From the NCBI GenBank assembly GCA_038087875.1, contig CM075990.1, positions 6,388,001-6,452,000 of the forward strand: a stretch of 64,000 nt of DNA. Direction: 5' to 3'. The notes beneath the pieces are model-generated. The model did not search any database, was not told where the DNA came from, and saw only the letters and a list, made by a program, of their open reading frames with translations. Position numbers and translations under genes: made by a program. How positions within the stretch are numbered: position 1 is the first letter of the stretch; the number at the start of each line of letters is the position of its first letter. The DNA comes from Malacoraja senta. Taxonomy: Eukaryota. Shown here piece after piece: positions 1 to 11,522 of the stretch.

Positions 1-202
1 AATCAGTTTTTTTAATGAAAAACAATAATTATAATGGATATCCATTGAAGATTGGATTGCATATTGGAGGTGTCGGAAACAATTAAGAATCAAATTTGAA
101 TTAATTTCACAGCTTCATGAAATTTGCGTCGTAAAAAATATGAAGTCTTCACAGGCTCCAACCCTTTATTCAAGGGTTAAATAAAAAAAATATTCTGTGC
201 AG

Positions 203-434
203 GTGGATGCGACTGCGTTGAATAGCTCGACGGATGGATTGTCTTGGTTGCGACTGGTGCAAGCGGCCAGCAATAACAAGGAGCAAAACTTGGAGGCTTA
301 CTTGAAGGACGGACAACTGTACTATCGCTCCACGCGGAGAATCGGGAGGGATGAGGAACTCTTCGTGTGGTACGACCAGGAGCTGTCCACGCTCCTCGGC
401 TTCACCGACATCAAACACCGCACTGGCTCGAACA
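203..434 (+). CDS. ZNF488: ZNF488 (PRDM8 paralogue), internal coding exon encoding the C-terminal half of a PR/SET domain; first coding exon is upstream of the window
   Basis: Translates VDATALNSSTDGLSWLRLVQAASNNKEQNLEAYLKDGQLYYRSTRRIGRDEELFVWYDQEL, matching the PRDM8-type PR domain (WLRLVQ..EQNLEAY..GQL.YRS.RRI..DEEL.VWY). Acceptor tgtgcAG at 201-202, donor GTGAGT at 435. Ends in phase 1, which fits the next exon. Confidence 0.88.
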
Positions 435-603
435 GTGAGTAACTTTGACACCACCCTAAACTTTTGGACACCACTAGCCAAAAATGAAAGAAAATACAAC
501 GCAGTATACCGCCACTGCCTTAAACATGTTTGAGTTCCGCGAAGCCACAAAATAAGTTAATTTATCGCAAAATAGTATTAAAGCGGTTTGAATATTGGCT
601 TCA

Positions 604-1130
604 GATAGACATAAAATGCTAGAGTAATTCAGCGGGACAGGCAACATATCTGGAGAGAAGGAATGGGTTTTTTCTCCAGAGATGCTGCCTGTCCCGATAA
701 GTTACTCCAGCATTTTGTGTCTACCTTTGGTTTAAACCAGCATCTGCAGTTCCTTCATGAATATTGACTTTTGTAACTTCAAGTGACCCTTGTTTTCCCT
801 CTCTCTCCACCACTCCCCCCCCCCCCCAATCCTAATTCTCCGATCAGTCTGACTGTGCTCCTGAGGAAATTGTACTCTGTAAACTTCGTTGTCAGCTTCC
901 CCACGATAACAATGATCTATTCAACATTTTCCTGATTTTCGTCCCATTTCATGTCTCGTTTTCACACCTTACCCTTCCATATCTCTCGTTTCCCTTTTCC
1001 TTGACTCACTGTCTGAAAAATTGTCACCCATTCCTTCTATCCAGAGACGCTGCCTGTCCCGCCGAGTTATTCCAGCATGTTGTGTATATCTCCGATGTAA
1101 ACCAGCATCTGCAGTTCCTTCCTACATAAT
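604..1130. mobile_element. Cluster of Penelope-derived terminal-repeat fragments (an inverted pair plus a plus-strand 3' end)
   Basis: Motif CCAGAGATGCTGCCTGTCCCGCTGAGTTACTCCAGCATTTTGTGTCT..AAACCAGCATCTGCAGTTCCTT on both strands, the same as the 3' end of the GIY-YIG-bearing fragments at 9445-10260 and 17820-18300. Confidence 0.7.
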
Positions 1131-1619
1131 ATAGCACTCATTGGTCAAAAAATATATGCACAAAATGAAAAAGCGAAATTAAACCGCCCATAATCGATAC
1201 CCAGCCATGTCCATCACCTCATCTGAGGATAGACACAGTCTGAAGAAGGGTCTCGACTCGAAACGTCACCCATTTCTTCTATCCAGAGATGCTACCTTCT
1301 CGCTGAGTTACTCCAGCTTTTTGTGTCTATCTTCCGTTTAAACCAGCATCTGCAGTTACTTTCTACACACCTCATCTGAGATTTATTTAAAAAATATCGC
1401 GTTCCTGTAGTGTTAGATGGCCTGACCTTTGGGATGAAGACCATGGGTAGGAAGGTTAGAAGAGACGCGTCACCAAAGGACGCTCTCTTGCCCACGTCAT
1501 TAGGTTAAACCGTAATTGGGCAACACCTCGCCATATTTCAAGGTGTTTCATATATTTTCATCTTTAGTATTCGTTTTATGTAATGAGACTTCTCATTCAT
1601 AAATGAGTATGTTTGGATA

Positions 1620-1885
1620 ACATTGTTAAACCCGAGGGTGCTCGCGAAAAGTCTGACCATCCGAGGAGGGTGGTGGGTATATAGAACGAGCTGCCGGAGG
1701 AGGCAGTTGAGACAGGTACAATCATGGCAACTTTTAAGAAACATTTGGACAGGCGCATCAATAGGGTACGTCTAGAGGGATGTGGGGTAATCGCAGATAG
1801 TTGTGACTAGTGTAAATGGGACAGGTTGGTCGGCGTGGGAAAGTTGGAACGAAGGGCCTGTTTCCACGCTGCATGATTCTATGAC
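1620..1885 (+). mobile_element. CR1-type LINE 3' end fragment
   Basis: GGGTGGTGGGTATATAGAACGAGCTGCCGGAGGAGGCAGTTGAG..GAAGGGCCTGTTTCCACGCTG, parallel to the C-terminal RT/3'UTR of the other CR1 copies in the window. Confidence 0.65.
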
Positions 1886-2934
1886 CTGAAGAGGCATTGG
1901 TTTTAAATGTAGTTAATTATAAGTGCTCTACTCTCTCCCACCTCGCAGCACACAGGGTGCTCCTGGATAGCCTGGTGTCGACAACATAATTTAAGTTCCA
2001 CTTGAAATGCGCCGTATCCTTATTATTAATGCGCGTTGGTGTGCAAGGGTTGGCAGCTAGTGCACATCCCGTTTAGCTCAGAGTGAAATCGCGCTTAAAT
2101 GGCTGTATTACCATCCCTACTGTGTAATGTTTTTTAAATTAAATTGCTATTGAAATTAGGTGCCAACTGCAAAACAAAGTACATAAAGTACTGGAATAAC
2201 TCTGCAGGATGGGTCACATGGATGGGTGACGTTTCGGTTGGGACCCTTCTTCAGACACGAAATTTCACCCATCCACGTTCTCCAGAGATGCAGACCCATG
2301 AGTTACTCCAACACTGTGTGTCCTTTTGTGCATTATATAGCATATTCAGTTATGCTATAGTTTAAAAAAAAAGCCCCAGTGTTATAAATGTTTAGATCTC
2401 AAATCTACCAACTGAACATACAGCAACCACCACCAGTTTTGATAGAACAGATTGTCTTTAACAGTATAATTGAAGAATACCTATCGAAATAAAACATCTC
2501 AAATTTTATTGAATTCATTTGGTCTTTTCAGCCCTAAGACCGAGAGTTTGTCACAGTTATTTGGAATAAGAATCTAGTGCAGTTTTCAAGGAGCCCTGCA
2601 TTGTGGGCTTTTGGATCTGAGCTCACCATTAACAATAAAATGGTCATTATATATTTTTTAAGAAAAGTGTTCTTCCTGGAGGAGTCTGATGTCAAGTCAT
2701 TAGCTAACATTACAAAAATGTCTGTCCATTTCCCCATTGCTATTGGTGGAATATTGTCTTGCGCAGATTCTCACGTTACAACGATGCCCACACTTCAAAA
2801 TTAGCCGTGAAACGCTTTAGCATGGTTTGGGGGGTTTAATAGGCGAAATATAGAAGCAACATTTTACGTCTCCGGTAAATGAATATTGCTGCAGCGAGAA
2901 CGAGATGTTAATTCTATTTTATTGTTTGCGGCAG

Positions 2935-4112
2935 CCTTCAGATGCGCGGACTGTGATCAGGAACTGAAGTATGAAAATCCATATCTGGCCCATGTTCGAT
3001 TCTTATGCGCGAAGAGGAAGGATTATCTCTGGCGAGATTTTCGGGCCCTGGGGTTTGGTCACGATAGCCTTTGGAAGGAGACTCCCAGGAGCGTAGAGGT
3101 CAGAGAGAAGACCAAAGTGACCAACTTCCACAGGATTGCCCATGATCTGGAGCATTCCAAGAAGAAATCAGCGGCGCAGGACGAGGGGCGACCTTCCTCC
3201 GAGAAACACCCCAGCAAGCGGAAACAGGATGGTACAGAGGAGAACAAAAGCAGGAACACCGTCTTATTGGAGAAAACAAATAACCTGGTGTGCGTCCAGA
3301 GCGGCGTTTCTAAAGACGAACCCAGTGTTTTCCCGGCTTTCGCAGTTTCCGTTTGGAAACTTAATTCGGACAAGTTTCTATTGAAGAGGGATTCGTCGGA
3401 ACATAAAACAAGCGCATTCACCGAGGTCCGTCGACCGCGTGAAAGGGACGAAGCTGCCAAATCAGAGGGAAATGTTAAAGACGGAGCTCCTGATTTGACC
3501 AGGAAGGCAAGAACTGAGCTGGTGCTCAGCTCCACTGGGAGCGCATTCTCTTCGGTTTTGCCATCTGGTGCCAGAGAGGATCAGAAGAGTGCGTTCTGTC
3601 AGCCGAGCAGACGAAGCGGGGAAGGGGCACCTCTGCTTCTTGCTCATGCACTGCATGCCGCTGCCGAAAGCTCGGGGGATTTATCCGATTCTATCGCCAC
3701 TAGTCATCTCCCGGGCCGCGCCAATCTGCTGGGCTCCAAGTCTCTCAGGACTGATCTGGGCAATTCTCACATACTGCACGCAAGTGTTACGAACAACAGC
3801 CCACGTTTATACAGCACTGACATGTGGCCTAAACCGGTCGGCGTACAACTCCAATCCACGTCCTCGCTGACTCTCCTTCCACCGTCCTACACGTCATTTG
3901 GGGTTTCAGCCCAGAACTGGTGCGCCAAGTGCAACGCGTCCTTTCGGATGACCTCGGACCTGGTGTTTCACATGAGATCGCATCATAAAAAGGAATACGC
4001 AACTGACTACCTGAACAAGAGAAGGAGGGAAGACAAGTTGACATGCCCGATATGTAATGAATTTTTTAGAGAGCGCCACCATCTATCGCGACACATGACA
4101 TCTCACAATTGA
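2935..4112 (+). CDS. ZNF488: ZNF488 terminal coding exon: one C2HC-type finger plus two C-terminal C2H2 zinc fingers
   Basis: Acceptor ttgtttgcggcAG at 2933-2934 (phase 1, A+CC=Thr). Encodes CADC..YLAHVRFLC, NWCAKCNASFRMTSDLVFHMRSHH and CPICNEFFRERHHLSRHMTSHN, stop TGA 4110-4112. Assigned to ZNF488 rather than PRDM8 by adjacency to RBP3/GDF2/GDF10. Confidence 0.9.
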
Positions 4113-4310
4113 GGTGTGAATTAAAACTGAAGGGCTTTTATGGGCTCCCCGGCAGTCTGATCAGAAGGTACCAGGGGGTGCCTTCCTTAAGAAACTGGCG
4201 TCACTTCATTTGAGGGTGAACTGATCTCCCAGGCTTGGAACATTGTTACAGTATTCGGGAGAAAGTCTTAAATATTAAAAAAAAACGCAACATTTCAATT
4301 TATTTAGACT

Positions 4311-4316
4311 AATAAA
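4311..4316 (+). terminator. Candidate ZNF488 polyadenylation signal
   Basis: AATAAA about 200 nt after the stop codon, in AT-rich sequence. Confidence 0.4.
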
Positions 4317-5394
4317 ATAAATTAATTACAAAAAGGTGCCAATGTTATCAAAGCTGTAGGATAATTGGTTTGATTTGGCAATGGATTAAATGTATACCGC
4401 ATGGAATATCTGTGGTAACAGGTTTCTGCTTTATGAATTTTTGTTAACTTAGAGAAACAGTAACATGTTATGCCGTTGATAAAGCGACATTCAATGTATA
4501 ATTATTTCAGTTTGGAGAATTAATTTTGCACAATATCTGTACCGGCCCTCACTTTATTTGCCACAATACATATTTAGATTCTTGTGTTGTAAGGTGTAAA
4601 CTTCCTCAAGCACAAAACGGAGTGGTCGCACCCAACTGTTCATCGGTTTGAATATATGTCATGATTGCTTTTAAATAATCTGATAAACACGACCTGTTTA
4701 CTCTCGAACATAGTCTAGTTCATGCAGTGTTCTGTACCGCCGAGTAAAACAAAATGTTTGGGTTTGTTGGTACAGGTCTGTTATCTATTTGTTTGACTTA
4801 CGATACGGAGTCAACCGAAAGACAATGCATAATTACAATCGAACCATCCACAGTGTACAGATACATGATAACGCGAGTAACGTTTAGTGCAAGATAAAGT
4901 CCGGTAAAGTTCGATCAAGTGCAGTCCAAGGGTCTCCAATGAGGTAGAGAGTAGCTCAGGACTGCTCTCTAGTTGTTGGTTGAATGGTTCAGTCGCCTGA
5001 TAACAGCTGGGAAAAAAGTGTCCCTGAATCTGGAGGAGTGCCTTTTCATACTTCTATACCCGATGGGAGGAGGGAGAAGAAAAGAAGGAGTGTCCAGGGT
5101 GCGAATGCATCAGAGTGCGAATGTACGATGAAAGCATCTGTGATGGGACAGGCGGTCGAGACCAGTCCATACTTTCATTCAATACAAGACTATATCAGTC
5201 AAACATACCAAACGGCGAGCGGAGCAGGGGCCCATTTATATGGTTGGTATTGGAGAAGTTTCCGGAGTTTTACTTAGGTAATGGGGGGAACATCGGGCCA
5301 GGAGCCATGTTCGCCGGTCTACTAGCTACCACAACGGATTGGGCTGCAAAAAATACGCAGCAAATCTGCGCCCAAGATGAGGTGCCATACTAGA

Positions 5395-6042
5395 ACATCC
5401 GAGATGTCCTCATTCTTTAAGGAACGGGGGCTCCCCTCTCCCGCCCCTCACTCCTGTCTCCTCGGTACCCCGCAGCTCCGCCGTTGCTCCCCCTCCCACT
5501 AGTCGCAATAATGGCAGGGTCCTCCTCGTCCTTACCTTCCATCCCATCAGCCGTCGCATACAACACATAATCCTCCAAAGTTTCCGCCACCTCCAACGGG
5601 ATACCACCACTGGCCACATTTTCCCATCTCCACAGAGATCGTTCCCTCCGCAACTCCCTGGTTAACTCAACCCAAACCACCCAAACCACCCCCTCCCTAG
5701 GTACCTTCCCCTGCAACCACAGAAGATGTAACACCTGTCGCTATACCTCCTCCCTCGACTCTGTCCAGAGACCCCGACAGTCCTTTCAGGTTAGGCAGAG
5801 GTTCACTTGCACCTCCTACAGCCTCACCTACTGTATCCGATGTGGATTCTTATACATCGGCGAGACCAAACACAGACTGGGCGATCTTTTCGCGGAACAC
5901 CTTCACTCAGCCCGCGTGAATCAACCTGATCTCTCTGTTGCTGGAGACTGTAATTCTCCTTCCCATTCCTACACAGACCTCTCTGTCCTCGATCTCCTCC
6001 ATTGTCAGAGTGAGGCTAAACGCAACTTGGAGGAACAGCATC
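5395..6042 (+). mobile_element. Penelope-like element fragment (RT C-terminus / linker / GIY-YIG endonuclease), degenerate, cut by the assembly gap
   Basis: Reads GTFPCNHRRCNTC..RFTCTS..YCIRC..YIGETKHRLGDLFAEHL..QPDLSVA..LEEQH, homologous to 9445-10260. Confidence 0.8.
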
Positions 6043-6242
6043 NNNNNNNNNNNNNNNNNNNNNNNNNNNNNNNNNNNNNNNNNNNNNNNNNNNNNNNNNN
6101 NNNNNNNNNNNNNNNNNNNNNNNNNNNNNNNNNNNNNNNNNNNNNNNNNNNNNNNNNNNNNNNNNNNNNNNNNNNNNNNNNNNNNNNNNNNNNNNNNNNN
6201 NNNNNNNNNNNNNNNNNNNNNNNNNNNNNNNNNNNNNNNNNN
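6043..6242. other. Assembly gap (200 N)
   Basis: Run of exactly 200 n, a placeholder length. Confidence 0.99.
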
Positions 6243-6260
6243 GATCCTCCACCGTTGTAC
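6243..6260 (-). CDS. RBP3: RBP3 exon 3, first 18 nt only (the rest is in the gap)
   Basis: Minus strand reads ..gacccAG|G TAC AAC GGT GGA GGA TC. With exon 2 ending CTC AG (phase 2) this gives DLR-YNGGGS, the expected DxR(F/Y)NxGG motif at the conserved IRBP intron 2 position. Short match and weak pyrimidine tract. Confidence 0.6.
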
Positions 6261-6649
6261 CTGGGTCACCCATAAGGTTGTGCATTATTTGCATTTGTAA
6301 GCAACAATGCATTGGTGCAGCATAGGGGAGGAGGGGGGGGGTATAAGGGAGGGGGGGGGCATGGTTAAATTAAGCAAGATTCAGATTTATTTGAAACACC
6401 ATAAACAAAGAATTGGGTTGTTGTCTGATTTATACATACAATCCTAACGTTGTCGTACGAAGTGGGACAGGGGCATTACTTGCGTTACATACATGCAAAG
6501 CTCTCTTTAATTCACCAACCCCATAAAGAATCAATTGTGCGGTGCATTAAACGATTGACTACAAACCTGGCGCCCTTCTGTCCTCGGTCCCATGGTGGAG
6601 CATACCTTATCTTCACACCGTTTCCCCTGACAACTCTTTGGTTCCACTC

Positions 6650-6965
6650 ATGGCATCCCAAGTTCTTCCCGGATACTTTCCCCTGTAACCGCAGGCGATG
6701 CAACGCGTGCCCCTGTACCTCATCTCTCACCTCCATCCAGGGACCCCAGCAGTCCTACCAGGTGAGACAGAGGTTCCTGTTTATCTCCTCTAACCCCATC
6801 TACTGCACCCGGTATTTTCAATGTGGTCTCATGTACAGCGAGACCAAGTGTAGACTCGACCACCGTTTTGCCGAACACACGGTGGCCGAACTACGCCAAA
6901 GCTCTATCTGATCTCCCGGTTGCGAACCACTTTAACACCCCTCCCCATTCCCATATTGACCTTTT
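6650..6965 (+). mobile_element. Penelope-like GIY-YIG fragment, degenerate
   Basis: TFPCNRRRCNACPCTSSLTSIQGPQQSYQVRQRF..IYCTRYFQCGLMYSETKCRLDHRFAEH. Confidence 0.75.
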
Positions 6966-7665
6966 AAGAGGGGTATTAAAAGGGGATCTGAAGGCTATTA
7001 TTTCATGCAGAGGGTACTGCTCAAGTGGAACAAGGCCGGTACAATCAAGACATTCAAAGGACATTTAAACAGCTACATGGATCAGAAAAGCACGATGCTA
7101 GACAGGCCAGTGATAAGTACAACTAGCTTAGTTCGACAACTTGGTCAGCATGGACGAGTTGGGCCGAAGGGACAGTTCCCGTGCGTGCAGGTCTATGACT
7201 CCACGATCAAATGGAAACAGTTTTAAAAATCTCATTTCATTTCCATATCTCAAGACAGCACAACTAACAAGTCACTAGTTTGCCTTTAACACGCACTCTC
7301 GTAGTTACGAAAGTTGCACAAAGGAGATGAACCCGGACTGGTGAAATCCGGTGTAATAGCACACTGAAGCAAACGGGGTTCTTCATATCATTTATACCGA
7401 CAGACCGAAACATTATCCACGCTCATGCTCAGTTCACTTGCTAACATTTGATAACACTATCTTGTTCATCAAACTTCTGGATTTATCTTTACAATAGAAA
7501 AAAATTGTCATTTCTGGATTTAGGACTGAATTCATGGAAATATTTCCCTATCCCCAAACATCAGTCTAACTCCTAAACATTAACAGGAAATTATGAGCTT
7601 TCAATAAGGTAATTTTGTCCGGTTTGGATATCTGAAATATTTAAATTGGTGGGACAAAACCTAGA

Positions 7666-7739
7666 AAATCTACAATGAAGTGTGGATTATTATAATCAGA
7701 GCTGGCTGATTATAATAAACCACACTTCATTGTAGATTT
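7666..7739. repeat. Near-perfect inverted repeat: 34-bp arms, 1 mismatch, 6-nt loop
   Basis: AAATCTACAATGAAGTGTGGATTATTATAATCAG-agctgg-CTGATTATAATAAACCACACTTCATTGTAGATTT. Confidence 0.95.
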
Positions 7740-7796
7740 GTCCAGGCGCCATATACTGAATGTGTCGGATGGGAATGCAAATACTGAATTACACTG

Positions 7797-8010
7797 ATGG
7801 ACACAAAATGCTGGAGTAACTCAGCGGGTCAGGCAGCATCTCTGGAGAAAAGGAATAGGTGACGTTTCGAGTCGAGACCCTCAGTCTGAAGAAAGGTTTC
7901 GACCCGAAACGTCATCCATTCCTTTACTCCAGAGATGCTGCCTGACCTGCTGAGTTACTCCAGCGATGCTGCCCGACCCGCTGAGTTACTCCAGCATTTT
8001 GTGTCTATCC
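7797..8010. mobile_element. Inverted (head-to-head) pair of Penelope-derived terminal repeats
   Basis: Minus copy about 7797-7884 abuts plus copy about 7881-8010; the plus copy has an internal tandem duplication of GATGCTGCC.GACC.GCTGAGTTACTCCAGC. Confidence 0.8.
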
Positions 8011-8208
8011 ATACACTGAATGCTTTTTCAGTACCCTCAAGCACCTGCCCGATCAAGGCGATGCACGCTGCTCACAAAAGATGTAGCAAATACTGGGATC
8101 AAGTCAAGTCAAGTCACTTTTATTTCTATAGCACATTTAAAAAACAACTCTCGTTGACCAAAGTGCTTTACATTGGTGGAGGTACTAACGTTATAACGTT
8201 GGCACATA

Positions 8209-9439
8209 ATAGTAGAGTGGATAAGGGAGAACCAGTGGATGTGTTATATCTGGACTTTTAGAAGGCTTTGGACAAGGTCCCACATAAGAGATTAGCATAC
8301 AAACTTAAAACACACGGTATTGGGGGTTCAGTATTGATGTGGATAGAGAACTGGCTGGCAAACAGGAAGCAAAGAGTAGGAGTAAACGGGTCCTTTTCAG
8401 AATGGCAGACAGTGACTAGTGGGGTACCGCAAGGCTCTGTGCTGGGACCCCAGCTATTTACAATATATATTAATGATTTGGACGAGGGAATTGAATGCAA
8501 CATCTCCAAGTTTGCGGATGACACGAAGCTGGGGGGCAGTGTTAGCTGTGAGGAGGATGCCAGGAGGCTGCAAGGTGACTTGGATAGGGTGGGTGAGTGG
8601 GCAAATGCGTGGCAGATGCAGTATAATGTGGATAAATGTGAGGTTATCCACTTTGGTGGCAAAAACAGGAAAGTAGACTATTATCTAAATGGTGGCCGAT
8701 TAGAAAAAGGGGAGATGCAACGAGACCTGGGTGTCATGGTACACCAGTCATTGAAAGTAGGCATGCAGGTGCAGCAGGCAGTGAAGAAAGCGAATGGTAT
8801 GTTAGCATTCATAGCAAAAGGATTTGAGTATAGGAGCAGGGAGGTTCTACTGCAGTTGTACAGGGTCTTGGTGAGACCACACCTGGCGTATTGCGTACAG
8901 TTTTGGTCTCCAAATCTGAGGAAAGACATTCTTGCCATAGAGGGAGTACAGAGAAGGTTCACCAGATTGATTCCTGGGATGTCAGGACTTTCATATGAAG
9001 AAAGACTGGATAGACTCGGCTTGTACTCGCTAGAATTTAGAAGATTGAGGGGGGATCTTATAGAAACTTACAAAATTCTTAAGGGGTTAGACAGGCTAGA
9101 TGCAGGAAGATTGTTCCCTATGTTGGGGAAGTCCAGGACAAGGGGTCACAGTTTAAGGATTAAGGGGAAATCCTTTAGGGCCGAGATGAGAAAAACATTT
9201 TTCACACAGAGAGTGGTGAATCTCTGGAACTCTCTGCCACAGAAGGTAGTTGAGGCCAGTTCATTGGCTATATTTAAGAGGGAGTTAGATGTGGCCCTTG
9301 TGGCTAAAGGGATCAGGGGGTATAGAGAGAAGGCAGGTACAGGATACTGAGTTGGATGATCAGCCATGATCATATTGAATGGTGGTGCAGGCTCGAAGGG
9401 CCGAATGGCCTACTCCTGCACCTATTTTCTATGTTTCTA
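8209..9439 (+). mobile_element. CR1-clade LINE (HER1-like), 5'-truncated, young; open 360-aa RT C-terminal frame at 8268-9350
   Basis: [60 protein letters not shown] motifs; upstream YLDF*KA carries one stop; 3' tail TTTTCTATGTTTCTA. Confidence 0.95.
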
Positions 9440-9444
9440 AACCC

Positions 9445-10260
9445 ACATTCATGTACAGCCTCCGACATAATCCTCCGACATTTTAGCCACCTCCAACGGA
9501 TTCCCACCACTGGCCACATTTCCCATCTCCTCCCCTGTCTGCTTTGTCTGCTTTCCGCAGAGACCGCTCCCTCCGTAACTCCCTGGCCAATTCGCCCCTT
9601 CCCACCCAAACCACCCCTTCTCCAGGGACTTTCCCTTGCAACCGCAGGAAATGCTACACTTGTCGCTTTACCTCCCCCCATTCAAGGACCCAAGCAGTCT
9701 TTCCAGGTGCGGCAGAGGTTCACCTGCACCTCCTCCAATCTCATCTATTGCATCCGCTGCTCTAGGTGTCAGCTGCTCTACACCAGTGAGACCAAGAGTA
9801 GGCTTGGGGATCGCTTCGCCCAACACCTCCGCTCGGTTCGCAATAACCAACCTGATCTCCCGGTGGCTCAGCACTTCAACTCCCCCTCCCATTCCGAATC
9901 TGACCTTTCTGTCCTGGGCCTCCTCCTTGGCCAGAGTGAGAGTAAATTGGAGGAGCAGCACCTCATATTTCGCTTGGGCAGTTTATACCCCAGCGGTTTG
10001 AACATTGACTTCTCTAATTTCAATTTCATTGACTTCTCTGCTTTCTCCTCCCCTTCTCAGCTCTCCCTCAGCCCACTGTCTCCGCCTCTTCCTTTCTTCT
10101 TCCCCCCCCACCCCCCACCCTTACATCAGTCTGAAGAAGGGTCTCGACCCGAAACGTTGCCTATTTCCTTCGCTCCATAGATGCTGCCTCACCCGCTGAG
10201 TTTCTCCAGCATTTTTGTCTACCTTCGATTTTCCAGCATCTACAGTTCCATCTTAAACAA
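9445..10260 (+). mobile_element. Penelope-like element 3' part: Cys/His linker, GIY-YIG endonuclease and terminal repeat
   Basis: GTFPCNRRKCYTC then FTCTSSNLIYCIRCSRCQLLYTSETKSRLGDRFAQH..PVAQHFNSPSHS..LEEQHLIFRLGSLYPSGLNIDF, followed by the CTGAAGAAGGGTCTCGACCCGAAACG repeat. Confidence 0.9.
10131..10158 (+). ncRNA. Minimal type I hammerhead-ribozyme-like core within the Penelope terminal repeat
   Basis: CUGAAGA-A-GGGU-CUCG-ACCC-GAAA-C-GUU; helix I is weak. Confidence 0.55.
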
Positions 10261-11522
10261 ACTTCATGTAGAGCACAGTAGGTGAGAATCTCTTTACGTT
10301 TTAAACCATCCCAATCTCACCACCGCCATCTATTGCCCACAAGCGGCATTGCTATTTCTCGCCCCTTATATTATCCAACCATAGGCAATCCTGCATAGTG
10401 TTACCAAATTAATGTCAAAAGATATTCAATGTGCCTAATCCAGGAAAGATGGAGACCGACCCAGACCCAATTTCTGTTGGTTAATTACAGCCAGCCAACA
10501 GGAAAGCTTTCAACCAAGTTAGACACAAAAACGCTGGAGTAACTTAACGGGACAGGCAGCATCTCTGGATAGAAGGAATGGGTGACGTTTCGAGTCGAGA
10601 CCCTTCTTGGCCAAGTTAGCAGGTTTGGACGGACAAATGGTTCGCAATCCTACGTCAACCGGAGCCCTGGGACGATTCACCTCGATCGGCCATTGCTATG
10701 TAGTTATTGTCCAGTTTCCATATAATTATTGAAGCTGAATATCAGGACGAATAATTGAGTATCTATTAATTGAGTACCCCTACTTATGTCAGCCATTGCT
10801 GGGGTCCCCTGGTTGATGCCATATCGTTAGCCGTTTACCAACCTAGCACACTTAATGTGCATACAGGGAACTGCAGATGTTGGTTTACAAAAAAAGACTA
10901 AATCGTGGTGAGTAATTCAATGGTAGACAAAATGTTCCAGCATCTGCAGTTCCTTCTTAGTGAGTAATTCAATGTGCTGTTGGGGTATTGGAATGAATGG
11001 TCGTTGTCTACAGGGTTTCAGCATGGGTATGGAGAGAAGGCAGGTACAGGATACTGAGTTGGATGATCAGCCATGATCATATTGAATGGCGGTGCAGGCT
11101 CGAAGGGCCGAAGGGCCGAATGGCCTACTCCTGCACCTACTTTCTATGTTTCTATGAACCATGTTCACAGAGGAGCGTCGCGTGTATCTGACTGAGCCAT
11201 AGACTCATACAACGCAGAGAGATCTGCATGTTATCTCTTTGAGGGACGTACTTAACTAGTCCGGTATTAATCCTACCAGGTTGACTTGGAACACACCTTG
11301 CATACACCAGACATTAACGAGATGCTGGAGGAAACCTAAAGCTATACGCCGACATTTGATCGATACAAGAAACACATTGACACAGGGGCTGGAATCTTGA
11401 GCAAAACACAAAGTGCTGGAGGAACTCAGCGGGCCTGGTCGCATCTGTGGAGGCAATAGATAGACGATGCTACGAGTCGGGACATTTTCTTCAGTCTGGA
11501 GAAGATCGTCGTGCCCTCCACA

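Noticed and set aside
2935..4112. Calling the gene PRDM8
   Set aside because: The neighbours RBP3/GDF2/GDF10 define the ZNF488 locus, and the linker is short; phylogeny is still needed for certainty.
5907..6312. ORFs spanning the N run
   Set aside because: Artefacts of translating through the gap.
8268..10180. Adjacent RT ORF and GIY-YIG ORF as one novel RT-endonuclease system
   Set aside because: The RT is CR1-type and ends in its own TTTCTATG tail at 9439; the GIY-YIG part is a separate frameshifted Penelope fragment. They are juxtaposed insertions.
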